NCBI GenBank assembly: GCA_965224725.1
Contig: CBDCZZ010000001.1
Location: 37,613-101,612 of the forward strand
Length of the DNA: 64,000 nucleotides
Source: Woeseiaceae bacterium
GTDB lineage: Bacteria > Pseudomonadota > Gammaproteobacteria > Steroidobacterales > Woeseiaceae
Direction: 5' to 3'
Shown here one piece after another: positions 18,168 to 26,374 of the stretch. The notes beneath the pieces are model-generated. The model searched no databases and had not been told where the DNA came from. It saw only the letters and a program-made list of their open reading frames with translations. The position numbers were made by a program, and so were the translations under genes. Numbering within the stretch: the first letter of the stretch is position 1; each line of letters begins with the position of its first letter.

Positions 18168-19271
18168 CTATAAATGCTCAGCGACCGGAGCACCGAGCGC
18201 ATCGAAGTTCGGTTCGATGCCGAGCCCGGGCTTGTCGTCAGCAACCATGTTGCCGTTGTCACGTTTTGGCGCGCCAGTCGCGTTTTGCACCGTCACGTAA
18301 CTGTTGAAGTCAGTCGCCGAGAATCTCAATGGCTCAGGCGTTGAGTGTGCGAGGTGTGCGATCGCTGCTGTGATGATGTCGCCGCCCCAGCTGTCCTCGA
18401 TCGTCATTGGGGTGTTCAGCGAAACGCACACGTCGCGGATCAGGCGCGCTTTGGAAAGGCCGCCGACTTTCGAGATTTTCAGATTGATGGCATCCATCGC
18501 ACCATCGTGGTGACCTCGTAACAGCGCGTCGAGGTCCGTGATGTTCTCGTCGAGAATGAACGGCAGTCGCGTATTGCGACGCACCTGCAGACAATGCTCG
18601 TAGGTTTTGCAGGGCTGCTCAATGTAAATATCGCAATCGGCAACGGCGTTCGCAACGCGGATCGCGTCGTCGACACGCCAGCCTGTGTTCGCATCCGCAA
18701 CGAGCACTTCGCCATCGGAAAGGATCTCTGCGACCGCATGAATCCGCGCGATGTCGTCTTTCGGATCACCGCCGACCTTGAGCTGAAACTTGGTGTACCC
18801 GTCGGCCCGATGCCCGGCAACGTTCTCGGCCATCTCTTCAACGGGCCGTTGGCTGATCGCGCGGTACAGTGCGACGCTGTCGCCGAATTTACCACCCATC
18901 AGGTCGCACACTGGTTTGCCGGTGACTTTGCCAAGCAGGTCCCAGCAGGCCATGTCGATCGCCGACTTGACGTACGGGTGACCGAGCAATGCCGAATCCA
19001 TCAGTCGGTTCAGCGGACCAAGTGCAGTCGGATTCTCCCCGAGCAGGTGGGGTGCAAGTTCCGCGATGCCAGTTCGTGCACCGGGCCCGTACGCCGGCAG
19101 GTAGAAAGGGCCCAGCGGGCAGACTTCGCCGTAACCGTGCAGCCCATCGTTGGTAATGACCTCGACAACCGTGCTGTCGAACACTTCGACGTACTTGCCT
19201 CCCGACCACGAATAACGCCCTTCGACCAGTGGCAGGTCGACCTGGTAAACGCGGATGGCGGCAATTTTCAT
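18168..19271 (-). CDS. Enolase superfamily, mandelate racemase / muconate lactonizing enzyme family
   Basis: 367 aa with typical MR/MLE layout ([14 protein letters not shown]..., KLKVGG, metal ligand region DANTGW..IEQPC..DE). Confidence 0.85.
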   Translation of the reverse strand: MKIAAIRVYQVDLPLVEGRYSWSGGKYVEVFDSTVVEVITNDGLHGYGEVCPLGPFYLPAYGPGARTGIAELAPHLLGENPTALGPLNRLMDSALLGHPYVKSAIDMACWDLLGKVTGKPVCDLMGGKFGDSVALYRAISQRPVEEMAENVAGHRADGYTKFQLKVGGDPKDDIARIHAVAEILSDGEVLVADANTGWRVDDAIRVANAVADCDIYIEQPCKTYEHCLQVRRNTRLPFILDENITDLDALLRGHHDGAMDAINLKISKVGGLSKARLIRDVCVSLNTPMTIEDSWGGDIITAAIAHLAHSTPEPLRFSATDFNSYVTVQNATGAPKRDNGNMVADDKPGLGIEPNFDALGAPVAEHL

Positions 19272-19275
19272 TGGC

Positions 19276-21495
19276 TTATTCCTGCAAGGTCAGTACACGC
19301 AGATTCGGGTCGGCCTGGATCTCTTCTTCGGTAAACGGAAAGTCGATCCACTCGCCGCGCGAATAAAGTTCCGTCTGGTCACTGTAGTGCGGCGACTCAG
19401 GCTCCGGCGACTGCGAGTAGGTCAGCAGTCCGCGTGCATCAAGGTTGCCGTCTTCGTCCCAGCCGATGACCTGGATGTAACTGTTGCCATGGTGGATCGG
19501 CGTGTAACCCTTCTCTTCAGTGAACCCCGTGACGATGTAGCTGAATACGCCGTGGCGCCCGACAGCTCCGGGGATGCCGATACGCTCACCATTACGTTCG
19601 GCGAACTGCACGTCGCCCCAACGGGCATCGAGTGCGAGCCCGGCGTCGGTGAGTTTCTTCTGCGCCGTGGCAAGCGCTGCGCGCAGTGCGCTGCGAACCT
19701 CATCGTTGTCGAGCGCCAGCCCATTCGGCGTATTGACCGCGTCATCCGCATCGAAGTCGACGGTATGCAGGTTTGGAATACGGCGTGCCCGCTCCCAGAA
19801 TTCGGTCCAGATATGTGTGCCACGGCTGTCGGTATTTGCTGTCTTGTCCCAGTTTGCCAGAACGTCGCAGCTCGCCTTGATGTCATCGCCACCGTCAACG
19901 CAGATGGTCAGTACCTCGTCGAGGAATAACTCGCCGCTGAAATGCCGATGGCTGAAGAGCATGTCCTGCACGTTCTCGGAGGAGAGCTTTCCGCCGGAAC
20001 CGAGAATCTCATCGACAAACGTCAGGCCCGCACGAGTACGCAGACTGCGTGCCGTGCGTTCGGTGCCGATCACAGGTGAGTAGCCCTCAAGCGGCCGGTC
20101 CGGGTTCGACAACCAGTAGCTGTCGTTCGAGTTGGTGAAGTACTCGGTCGAAGTTGCACGCGGCATATCATCGGCCGGCATGTTGCCGGGCACAGTGCTG
20201 CGTTCATCCAGCTTCCATTCGCAGTCGGGGTCTGATCCCTTGAGTACGATGAGGTAGGACGGCAGGTTTTCGATCGCCTGCTGGCAGCGGCCGAGCATCT
20301 CTGCATCGACGTTTGGCGTTGAAGAGATGTCTGCGTAGAAGGCATTGCCGTCGCGGTCGGCGGCTATCGTGTTAACGAAGAAAACGCCCTGCTGGCTGAT
20401 GGCCGCTTCGATGTCGGCTACCGATTCTGCTCCCTGCATGGCGGCGTAGGTTGCGAGAGCCATGTCATTGTCCGCAAGTGCGTCGCGAACTGCATACGCC
20501 CGCTCATTCGTCCATGGCAGCACTGCGGACGTTGCCAATGGGCCGTGATGAGACATGTATATCGTGTGATCGCCGGAGCCTGGAACGTTGACCGTCTTGG
20601 CTTCAATGTCGCGAAATTCATCGCCGTATCGATACTGCATCGGATTATCAGGGTTCAGCTCGAGCTCATGCACCGTGAAGCGCAATGCAGTGGAAACGGT
20701 GTGAGTCCACGCTATGTCCTTGTTGAAACCAATCGCGATGAAGTGGCCGGCGAGCAGGCGCGCACCCATGACGTCGAGGACGCCGGGGATCGTCGTGTGG
20801 ATAACATGGAAGCGAGCCGGTCCGTGCCAGGGGTAGTGCGGGTTGCCGAGCAACAAGCCGCGACCGGTTTCGGTCACGCTGCTGCCCGCGCTGATTGCGT
20901 TGCTGCCGAGGCCGGGCAGTGGGTCCACATCTAGCGTGACAGTTGCTACCGGCTCGCCCGGAGGTGCCGCAGCGCGGATTGCGTCCGTGAAGTTGCCAAG
21001 GCCGTAGCGCACGCCGAATGCAATGAACATTCTCTCGACGTCTGTCGCTTCGATCGGTCGTACCCACGGCTCATCGTTACAGGATGCGGGCAGCTTGCCG
21101 GCGTGATCGCGGAGGTAACGGTTGTAGCCCGCGGCGAAGCCCTCGCCGTATTCGACCATCTGCGGTGGCATCTTGGCTCGAATTCGGGTGAGCCGCTCTT
21201 CGGTGACAACGCTGCGGTAGAAGATATCGCTCGTGATGTTTTCTTCCGTTGCACCTGCGTCGGCCGAGAGCGTTCCCATCGCTGTAGCAAGCTCCCTGGC
21301 GAAAACGCAAATGCCGTCAGTCGATGCGGCGTACGCGAAGCCATAGCCTAGGCTGCCGAAATCTTCTGCAAGGACATGTGGAATGCCGTAGCTGGTCCAG
21401 CGAATGTCGACCGAGTACTTGTGTTCGGGAGCCGGCTTTGAACAGGCAACGAGAAGACTTGCAGCGACAATCGACGCAAAGATGCGAACGGACAT
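19276..21495 (-). CDS. Penicillin acylase / N-acyl-homoserine-lactone acylase family (Ntn hydrolase S45), lipoprotein
   Basis: Lipobox LLVACS. Autoprocessing site [10 protein letters not shown] followed by GNPHYPW. The size fits PvdQ/QuiP-type acylases. Confidence 0.85.
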   Translation of the reverse strand: MSVRIFASIVAASLLVACSKPAPEHKYSVDIRWTSYGIPHVLAEDFGSLGYGFAYAASTDGICVFARELATAMGTLSADAGATEENITSDIFYRSVVTEERLTRIRAKMPPQMVEYGEGFAAGYNRYLRDHAGKLPASCNDEPWVRPIEATDVERMFIAFGVRYGLGNFTDAIRAAAPPGEPVATVTLDVDPLPGLGSNAISAGSSVTETGRGLLLGNPHYPWHGPARFHVIHTTIPGVLDVMGARLLAGHFIAIGFNKDIAWTHTVSTALRFTVHELELNPDNPMQYRYGDEFRDIEAKTVNVPGSGDHTIYMSHHGPLATSAVLPWTNERAYAVRDALADNDMALATYAAMQGAESVADIEAAISQQGVFFVNTIAADRDGNAFYADISSTPNVDAEMLGRCQQAIENLPSYLIVLKGSDPDCEWKLDERSTVPGNMPADDMPRATSTEYFTNSNDSYWLSNPDRPLEGYSPVIGTERTARSLRTRAGLTFVDEILGSGGKLSSENVQDMLFSHRHFSGELFLDEVLTICVDGGDDIKASCDVLANWDKTANTDSRGTHIWTEFWERARRIPNLHTVDFDADDAVNTPNGLALDNDEVRSALRAALATAQKKLTDAGLALDARWGDVQFAERNGERIGIPGAVGRHGVFSYIVTGFTEEKGYTPIHHGNSYIQVIGWDEDGNLDARGLLTYSQSPEPESPHYSDQTELYSRGEWIDFPFTEEEIQADPNLRVLTLQE

Positions 21496-21561
21496 GGCTT
21501 ACCTCGAGTTCAGACCGGGAGCGCCAAGTCTACACTCCAAGACTTGGTCTAATCGAGGCGA

Positions 21562-22398
21562 TTACTGTCGTGCCTCCCAGGCATCGCTGTAGCGACGTAT
21601 GCGCCAGGTACTGAGCTTATCGCCGTTTGAGAACTCGTCGCGACGGGACGTGACCTCCAGCATGGCTTGCCCGATCGACTGCGCGCGTACCGCTGCTCCA
21701 ACCGGGGAGAAGAAACCATACAGCATCTCCTGGCCGAGATGAGATTCCTCGTCGGTCGGGCCGATGTAGTCCGGCCGGTATGCGATGACCTCGAGATTCG
21801 TTCCCTCGGCCAGGCCAAACAGCTTGTTCTCGGCTTCGACCTTCACACGCGCCCACATGGCACTCGAGTCTTCCGATATGTCGCTCGAGCTGACGTAGTG
21901 AAACGCGATTTCGGGGCGACGTGCGATGCGAAGCCATTGCTCTACGAATTGCATCGGAAAATCGATGTGGATAAGCCGGTAATCATCCTCCTCCATACCG
22001 ACAGAGCTGATGCCAATAGCCCAGTAAACGGCGTCGACATTCGAGAGTCGATCGATGATTTTCGAGTAGTCGAGATAGTCCATGTGCTCAGTCACGACGA
22101 GCTTGCCGGTCTTCAGTCCGTCTTCCATGCGCGGGGTAATACGCCGCGTGATGATATGAATCGTTTCAACAGACGGGTCGGACATGGCTGCCTTGAGAAT
22201 GCCATCGCCCGCGGTGCCACTTGCGCCGAATATAGCAATGGTCGGAGTCATTGCTCTCACTCCGTCGTACTCGGGTGCGGTGTTGTCAAAGGTTGCTACG
22301 CGAATCGCGATGACAACGTAGAAGACGAAAAACAGCACGACAGGCGTCAGGAGGATGGTTCTTAAGCGCGGCATCTTCATGGGGCCGCATGTTAGCAT
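21562..22398 (-). CDS. NAD(P)H-binding (NmrA/SDR-like) protein with N-terminal TM helix
   Basis: IAIFGASGTAGDGILKAA Rossmann motif after a hydrophobic N-terminus. The exact start is uncertain (ATG at 22398, 22380 or 22374). Confidence 0.7.
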   Translation of the reverse strand: MLTCGPMKMPRLRTILLTPVVLFFVFYVVIAIRVATFDNTAPEYDGVRAMTPTIAIFGASGTAGDGILKAAMSDPSVETIHIITRRITPRMEDGLKTGKLVVTEHMDYLDYSKIIDRLSNVDAVYWAIGISSVGMEEDDYRLIHIDFPMQFVEQWLRIARRPEIAFHYVSSSDISEDSSAMWARVKVEAENKLFGLAEGTNLEVIAYRPDYIGPTDEESHLGQEMLYGFFSPVGAAVRAQSIGQAMLEVTSRRDEFSNGDKLSTWRIRRYSDAWEARQ

Positions 22399-22405
22399 CG
22401 CTCAC

Positions 22406-22810
22406 GTGAGCAAGCCGCCCGATCAAACCATCGCAGAGAGAATTCGCCACGCGCGTGAGCAGGCACAGATGCCGCCCGCGGAGCTGCGACAGATTCTCAG
22501 ACAGGACTACGGGATCGATTTGTCGAAGACTGGTCTGCACCGTCTTGAGAATGTCGATTCCAAGAATCCCAACCTGAAACTCATCCAGGCGATCGCAAAG
22601 ATCACGCGCGTTTCGCCGAGCTGGATCCTGTTTGGAGAAGGTACGTCATTGCCTGGCGATGAGGTAGGAAGCGCCATTCGTTCGCGCGTTATCGATACGA
22701 TCGAACTGATGATCGGCGCTCTCGACATGTCGTCGAGGCAGGAGTCGACGATCAACAATTGGCTCAAGAGTGTTCGCGAAAATCCACCGAAAAAAATACG
22801 CAAACCCTGA
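22406..22810 (+). CDS. XRE-family helix-turn-helix transcriptional regulator
   Basis: IAERIRHAREQAQMPPAELRQIL...LKLIQAIAKITRVSPSWILFGEG is a classic HTH_3 pattern. GTG start at 22406 is a guess (the ORF is open from 22355). Confidence 0.7.
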   Translation: MSKPPDQTIAERIRHAREQAQMPPAELRQILRQDYGIDLSKTGLHRLENVDSKNPNLKLIQAIAKITRVSPSWILFGEGTSLPGDEVGSAIRSRVIDTIELMIGALDMSSRQESTINNWLKSVRENPPKKIRKP

Positions 22811-22814
22811 TTAT

Positions 22815-22835
22815 GTGAACGTCGTTCACTTTTTC
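22815..22835 (+). terminator. Hairpin GTGAACGTCGTTCAC + T5, likely terminator of the XRE gene (could double as an operator)
   Basis: Perfect 7+1+7 palindrome directly after the stop codon, followed by TTTTT. Confidence 0.4.
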
Positions 22836-22858
22836 GGAACCAATGTTCATCTTAAGTG

Positions 22859-22886
22859 TTGACATGCTTCCTGACGTGCGTATACT
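22859..22886 (+). promoter_or_regulatory. Near-consensus sigma70 promoter (TTGACA - 16 nt - TATACT)
   Basis: TTGACA at 22859-22864 and TATACT at 22881-22886. Confidence 0.5.
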
Positions 22887-22892
22887 CCCGCG

Positions 22893-23139
22893 CACTATGA
22901 AAACTTCCATCAAACAACTTGGCTGGTTATTCGCCGCGCGGTATTGCGCAGACGGCGATGCGCGCCTGTGCGTCCGAGATACGCATATGGGCTCAAGCCT
23001 TATTGATGCGATTCCCACAAATAGCGGGGAACCGATGACGTAGCTTTCCAAGAATGGTTCCTGGAAGGCTCGAACAGATACCTTCCGGGAAAGCTCCAAG
23101 GAGAAACCCCGGCTGGTTTAAACCAACCGGGGTTTTTTT
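22893..23139 (+). ncRNA. Orphan transcription unit of about 245 nt (candidate sRNA or near-leaderless 47-aa peptide)
   Basis: Bounded by the promoter above and a strong intrinsic terminator. The only ORF (ATG 22898, stop 23043, MKTSIKQLGWLFAARYC...) has no SD. Confidence 0.35.
23105..23139 (+). terminator. Rho-independent terminator
   Basis: CCCCGGCTGGTT...AACCAACCGGGG stem (about 10 bp, one mismatch) followed by T7. Confidence 0.75.
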
Positions 23140-23159
23140 ATGCCCCGCGTTAGCTCTTT

Positions 23160-23182
23160 AACAATGCGGATTGTGTAGACGT
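23160..23182. repeat. Left copy of a perfect 23-bp inverted repeat, AACAATGCGGATTGTGTAGACGT
   Basis: The exact reverse complement occurs at 26375-26397. The element contains an internal dyad, ACAAT-GCGG-ATTGT. Confidence 0.9.
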
Positions 23183-24156
23183 TGGGGCAGAGTCTTTCAG
23201 GGGAAAGTCTGCGGCTTCCAGACATGGCTGTGCGCGTTCGCGCCTGCCCCCAACGTAGTAAGAATTCTGGTCTACCGGTTTCGGCCGGGGTCCTTAATAG
23301 CGGCCTGGCGCTGCTAACCGTCGGTAACGGCGGGAAAGGGGCACTACCCATGGTGTCTCGCCGGTGTAATGCCGGTCCGACCAGGCAAGTTCGGCCTCCA
23401 ATGTCCTCGGCTGCGGCCGGGGATAGCGGTAGAGCGATGCGCGGAAGTAGCGAGCCTATGTACCTTCGGGAATACAGGTTCGTGAAAGAACACGTGGTGG
23501 TGCAACCCGCGATACCAACTTCGTGAATCGTGAGAGGTAACGAATAGTGCAGGCAAGTACGAGCTTTGCAAGCGAGTGCGCCTGTGCAGATTTTTGGGGT
23601 TCCGGCGTGCAGCCAGCGTCCTGAAAGTCGGTCAAGTAACCGGCAGGTGAACGACATTCGGCGTGTTGTATTTCGTGGCCCAAAAGGCGACGAAGCGACT
23701 GAGACACGCACGTCGAAATGGGCATTTGTGTTTTTAGCTCAGCATGGCAGAGCAATCGATCGTTAGTCGATGGGTCGCCGGTTCAAATCCGGCATCACAC
23801 ACCGAAACGTAAACGCAAAGACGTGTCTCGGTACAGCCTGAAAATGGCTTAAAGCCGAAGCCTTTTGGCAATTCGGCAGATGAGAGGGCCGCAAGCCCGC
23901 TCATCTTCGGCAACAAGCCGCACGGTTGGGGAGCACCCATTTGGAGCCCGCAAAGCTCACGGTAAGCGCGTTGCTGAATACGGCTGTACGACGAGTGATT
24001 CGCCACACTCCAAAAAAGGCAGTCATGAGCATCTACTGTCGTGCCGGCTTCGGCCGGGCGGCAGTGGACAAGGACGCAACGGCGCCCGGCAGGGCGGTCC
24101 GGTACTCGTACAAAAGGATGCTCGTAAAGCGCTTAGTCTCAGCGCTTTTTTCTTTT
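23183..24156 (+). ncRNA. Candidate large structured RNA (ORF-free, about 0.97 kb) with an embedded tRNA-like domain
   Basis: No credible CDS. Hand-checked helices: 23179-23190 with 23244-23256 (12 bp, 1 bulge); 23698-23708 with 23822-23832 (11 bp, enclosing the tRNA-like element); hairpin 23878-23906; UUCG-capped CCGGC/GCCGG hairpin 24044-24057; terminator-like hairpin plus U-run 24127-24156. Boundaries are approximate. Confidence 0.45.
23728..23801 (+). tRNA. tRNA-like element, anticodon GUU (Asn) by position; degenerate acceptor stem and C33
   Basis: Hand fold: GTGTTTT/TA/GCTC-AGCATGGCA-GAGC/A/ATCGA-TCGTTAG-TCGAT/GGGTC/GCCGG-TTCAAAT-CCGGC/ATCACAC/A. Only 5 of 7 acceptor pairs. C instead of U at position 33. 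No encoded CCA. Confidence 0.5.
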
Positions 24157-24160
24157 CAAT

Positions 24161-24236
24161 GTCGAGCTTAGCTTAATGGTAAAGCCCCTGGTTGTGAGCC
24201 AGGCAGATACCGGTTCGAGTCCGGTCGTTCGACCCA
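24161..24236 (+). tRNA. tRNA-His (GUG) with G-1:C73 and encoded CCA
   Basis: Hand fold: G(-1) TCGAGCT/TA/GCTT-AATGGTA-AAGC/C/CCTGG-TTGTGAG-CCAGG/CAGAT/ACCGG-TTCGAGT-CCGGT/CGTTCGA/C/CCA. The extra 5' G opposite C73 is the His identity hallmark. Confidence 0.85.
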
Positions 24237-24328
24237 CATACCTTAGGCCCGTGTTCGGGCGCGGCGACCAGACCGCAATTCAATGCTGGGAGGCGAAAGC
24301 CCGGGGAGCATCATGCTCTCCGAATTCT

Positions 24329-24404
24329 ACGGCCGTAGCTCAGTGGACAGAGCGTGACTGTGCGAAGGTCAAAGTCGGAGGTTCGAGTCCTCCCGGCCGT
24401 ACCA
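24329..24404 (+). tRNA. tRNA-Arg, anticodon GCG, encoded CCA
   Basis: Hand fold: ACGGCCG/TA/GCTC-AGTGGACA-GAGC/G/TGACT-GTGCGAA-GGTCA/AAGTC/GGAGG-TTCGAGT-CCTCC/CGGCCGT/A/CCA. Perfect 7-bp acceptor stem. G at position 32 and a GCG anticodon are unusual for bacteria. Confidence 0.75.
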
Positions 24405-24411
24405 ATCTTCT

Positions 24412-24485
24412 TCGGTGCTCGTCCAAGGGCAAGACGCGAGACTTTGAATCTCGAAATCGTGGTTCGAGTCCACGGCGCCGATCCA
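24412..24485 (+). tRNA. tRNA-Gln (UUG), encoded CCA
   Basis: Hand fold: TCGGTGC/TC/GTCC..AGAC/G/CGAGA-CTTTGAA-TCTCG/AAAT/CGTGG-TTCGAGT-CCACG/GCGCCGA/T/CCA. U1-A72 and UC at positions 8-9, as in E. coli tRNA-Gln. Only 7 nt after the Arg gene. Confidence 0.8.
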
Positions 24486-24491
24486 TACAAA

Positions 24492-24570
24492 GGCCGTCTG
24501 AAGGGAATCTGGCATACCTACCTGTCTCAGAAACAGGTGCTTCCCGGTTCGACCCCGGGGGCGGCTACCA
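24492..24570 (+). tRNA. tRNA-like gene, anticodon CAG (Leu) but with a short 5-nt variable loop
   Basis: Hand fold: GGCCGTC/TG/..GGAATCTGGCATA../CCTGT-CTCAGAA-ACAGG/TGCTT/CCCGG-TTCGACC-CCGGG/GGCGGCT/A/CCA. Leu-like D-loop and A73. It lacks the class II long variable arm and the D-stem is irregular. Confidence 0.55.
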
Positions 24571-24711
24571 GTTTTGACATCGCGACTGTCATACCGAGGT
24601 TTATCGTATCGGAAAGACTTTGCGGTTCGGGTTCTCTGAATTCCCGTCCGGCACGCCGAAGCTAACCATTGTAACGCGTGTACCAAGTGCTCCGAATGAT
24701 GCACCGCCACC

Positions 24712-24784
24712 TGAAAATTAGCTCAGTGGGTAGAGCATACGAAATGTACTCGTAAAGTCGCTGGTTCGACTCCAGCATTTTCAA
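24712..24784 (+). tRNA. tRNA-like gene, anticodon UGU (Thr) by position, A33, no encoded CCA
   Basis: Hand fold: TGAAAAT/TA/GCTC-AGTGGGTA-GAGC/A/TACGA-AATGTAC-TCGTA/AAGTC/GCTGG-TTCGACT-CCAGC/ATTTTCA/A. All stems are perfect, but the loop AAUGUAC lacks the near-universal U33. Confidence 0.55.
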
Positions 24785-25151
24785 CTGGCCTCAGAAGCCA
24801 CTCAGGAAAAGGCCCATGGCCTGCGGTTCGACTCCGCTCCTGGCAGGGATACTGCCTCAAACCGCAGCCACCTCCAGCGAAAGTTTGCCTGAGACATCCC
24901 CGTCGAAGGTGAACGAGTAGCAGCAACCCGGTTGCCGGTCGACGAGTTGCTCGTCGTGTCCGAATCTCAATCCAGTTTCATTCCGAGCATTTGCGATTCG
25001 TCGCATTCGCTCCGACTGATACCGCATCGACATTCCGGCAGGTCGGACACCGTCTTCCCGCTCCCCGGTTGTGGAGGTGCGCTGCACCAAACTTTTTCCC
25101 GCGTTGCATCTGCGGCGTTTTTTTCTCACCGCGAACTAAAAGGAGGTGATC

Positions 25152-26300
25152 ATGTTCTACATGAAGGCAATTGTGCGTAAGCACGAACGTGCACTCCTGT
25201 TCCGTGACGGTGACTTCGTCAAGTTCATCGAGCCTGGCGTACACCGTTTCGCAACGTTGCTGCACAAGGTAGCGCTGGTCCGTTTCGATATCACGGATCT
25301 CGCGTTCACTCACCCGCTGGAGGACTTTCTCATTGAGAAGTACCCGGAGGACGTGAAGGGTTACTTCGATATCGTCGAAACCGGTACGGATGAGGTTGCC
25401 GTGGTTTACCACGATGACCACATCACGGCCGTGATGGCGCCGACCGAGCGCAAGCTGTTCACCAAGGGTGTCTACGACATCCGCGTTGAACGCTTCGAAG
25501 TCGTCGATAACCTCGACGTCGACAAGCGTCTCGCCAAGCGCCTGGCAACGGTCGCCGATGCACAGGTCAAGGCAATTGCCGCGAAGCTGGTATTCGCAAC
25601 CACGGTACCGGAGGGCCACACGGGTCTCCTGTACGTGGATGGTGAGCTCAAGCGTTCGCTGAACGCCGGCTACCACGCGTTTCTGGCGGTAGACCGTGAC
25701 ATCGACGTTGCCAAATACGACACCCGCGTACAGACGCTCGAGGTATCGGGTCAGGAAATCCTCACCAAGGACAAGGTTGCAGTTCGCATTAACCTGACCG
25801 CGACCTACGAGCTGACTGACGTCGAGAAGGCTGTCCGCGCTGCGCGTGATCCGCTCGATCACCTGTACAAGGAAGTGCAGTTTGCGCTGCGTGGTGCCGT
25901 TGGTACCCGCACTCTCGATGCGCTGCTGGAAGACAAGACGGTTATCGACACGTCGGTAGCTGATCACCTGACGGCACACTTCGAGACGATCGGTATCACG
26001 ATCAAGTCGGTTGGTGTTAAGGACATCATCCTGCCTGGCGATATGAAGGACCTGCTGGGCAAGGTGGTTGAGGCCGAAAAGGCGGCCCAGGCCAACGTCA
26101 TTCGTCGTCGCGAAGAGACCAACGCAACGCGTTCGCTGCTCAACACCGCAAAGGTGATGGAGACGAACTCGGTCGCGCTGCGTCTCAAGGAACTCGAGAC
26201 GCTCGAAAAGATCACCGAGAAGATCGGCAACATTTCGGTCTACGGTGGTCTCGAGTCGGTCCTGACCGATCTCGTTCACCTGAACAAGGGTGAACGTTAA
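25152..26300 (+). CDS. SPFH/band-7 (slipin-like) domain protein without TM helix
   Basis: Strong SD (AAAGGAGGTGATC-ATG). Central SPFH pattern (EVSGQEILTKDKVAVRINLTATYELTD...LRGAVGTRTLDALLEDK) and a coiled-coil C-terminus (VVEAEKAAQANVIRRREE). Confidence 0.85.
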   Translation: MFYMKAIVRKHERALLFRDGDFVKFIEPGVHRFATLLHKVALVRFDITDLAFTHPLEDFLIEKYPEDVKGYFDIVETGTDEVAVVYHDDHITAVMAPTERKLFTKGVYDIRVERFEVVDNLDVDKRLAKRLATVADAQVKAIAAKLVFATTVPEGHTGLLYVDGELKRSLNAGYHAFLAVDRDIDVAKYDTRVQTLEVSGQEILTKDKVAVRINLTATYELTDVEKAVRAARDPLDHLYKEVQFALRGAVGTRTLDALLEDKTVIDTSVADHLTAHFETIGITIKSVGVKDIILPGDMKDLLGKVVEAEKAAQANVIRRREETNATRSLLNTAKVMETNSVALRLKELETLEKITEKIGNISVYGGLESVLTDLVHLNKGER

Positions 26301-26302
26301 GT

Positions 26303-26360
26303 GTAGGAGCGGCTTCAGCCGCGATGCATTTCGCAACTGAAGTTGCTCCTACATCTTTTT
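26303..26360 (+). terminator. Long REP-like hairpin (about 19 bp) + T-run, terminator of the SPFH gene
   Basis: GTAGGAGCGGCTTCAGCCGC...GCAACTGAAGTTGCTCCTAC pairs 26303-26323 with 26332-26352, followed by ATCTTTTT. Confidence 0.7.
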
Positions 26361-26374
26361 CGTCCCTAAGGGAG

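Noticed and set aside
22815-22829. Palindrome GTGAACGTCGTTCAC considered as the operator of the XRE regulator.
   Set aside because: It sits immediately after the XRE stop codon and is followed by T5, so a terminator is the simpler reading. An operator role cannot be excluded.
23195-23600. Possible RNase P RNA. GGGGAAAGTCTGCGG resembles the conserved GAGGAAAGUCCGGGC segment. AAAGTCTGC (23205-23213) could pair with GCAGATTTT (23586-23594) like helix P4. There are also GGTAACGG and GCGGTAGAGCG echoes.
   Set aside because: The resemblance is limited to short strings. The ACAGAA..GGCUUA 3' strand context, the P1-P3 closing helices and the GGUAAACCCCACC/AGGCCAAAUAGG elements were not found by eye. 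An alternative local hairpin (GTCTG-CGGCTTC-CAGAC) competes with the P4-like pairing. Left for a covariance-model test.
23118-25129. Six-frame ORFs of 60-200 aa across the RNA locus (for example 23118-23711 minus, 23182-23526 plus, 24176-24577 plus, 24369-24710 minus).
   Set aside because: They have no Shine-Dalgarno sequences and are Arg/Cys/Pro-rich with odd composition. They run straight through well-folding tRNA genes and GC-rich hairpins, as expected for random open frames in GC-rich non-coding DNA.
24978-26336. 452-aa minus-strand ORF antisense to the SPFH gene.
   Set aside because: It is the mirror frame of a strongly supported plus-strand CDS with SD and SPFH motifs. The product is Arg/Val/Leu-rich with no recognisable motifs.
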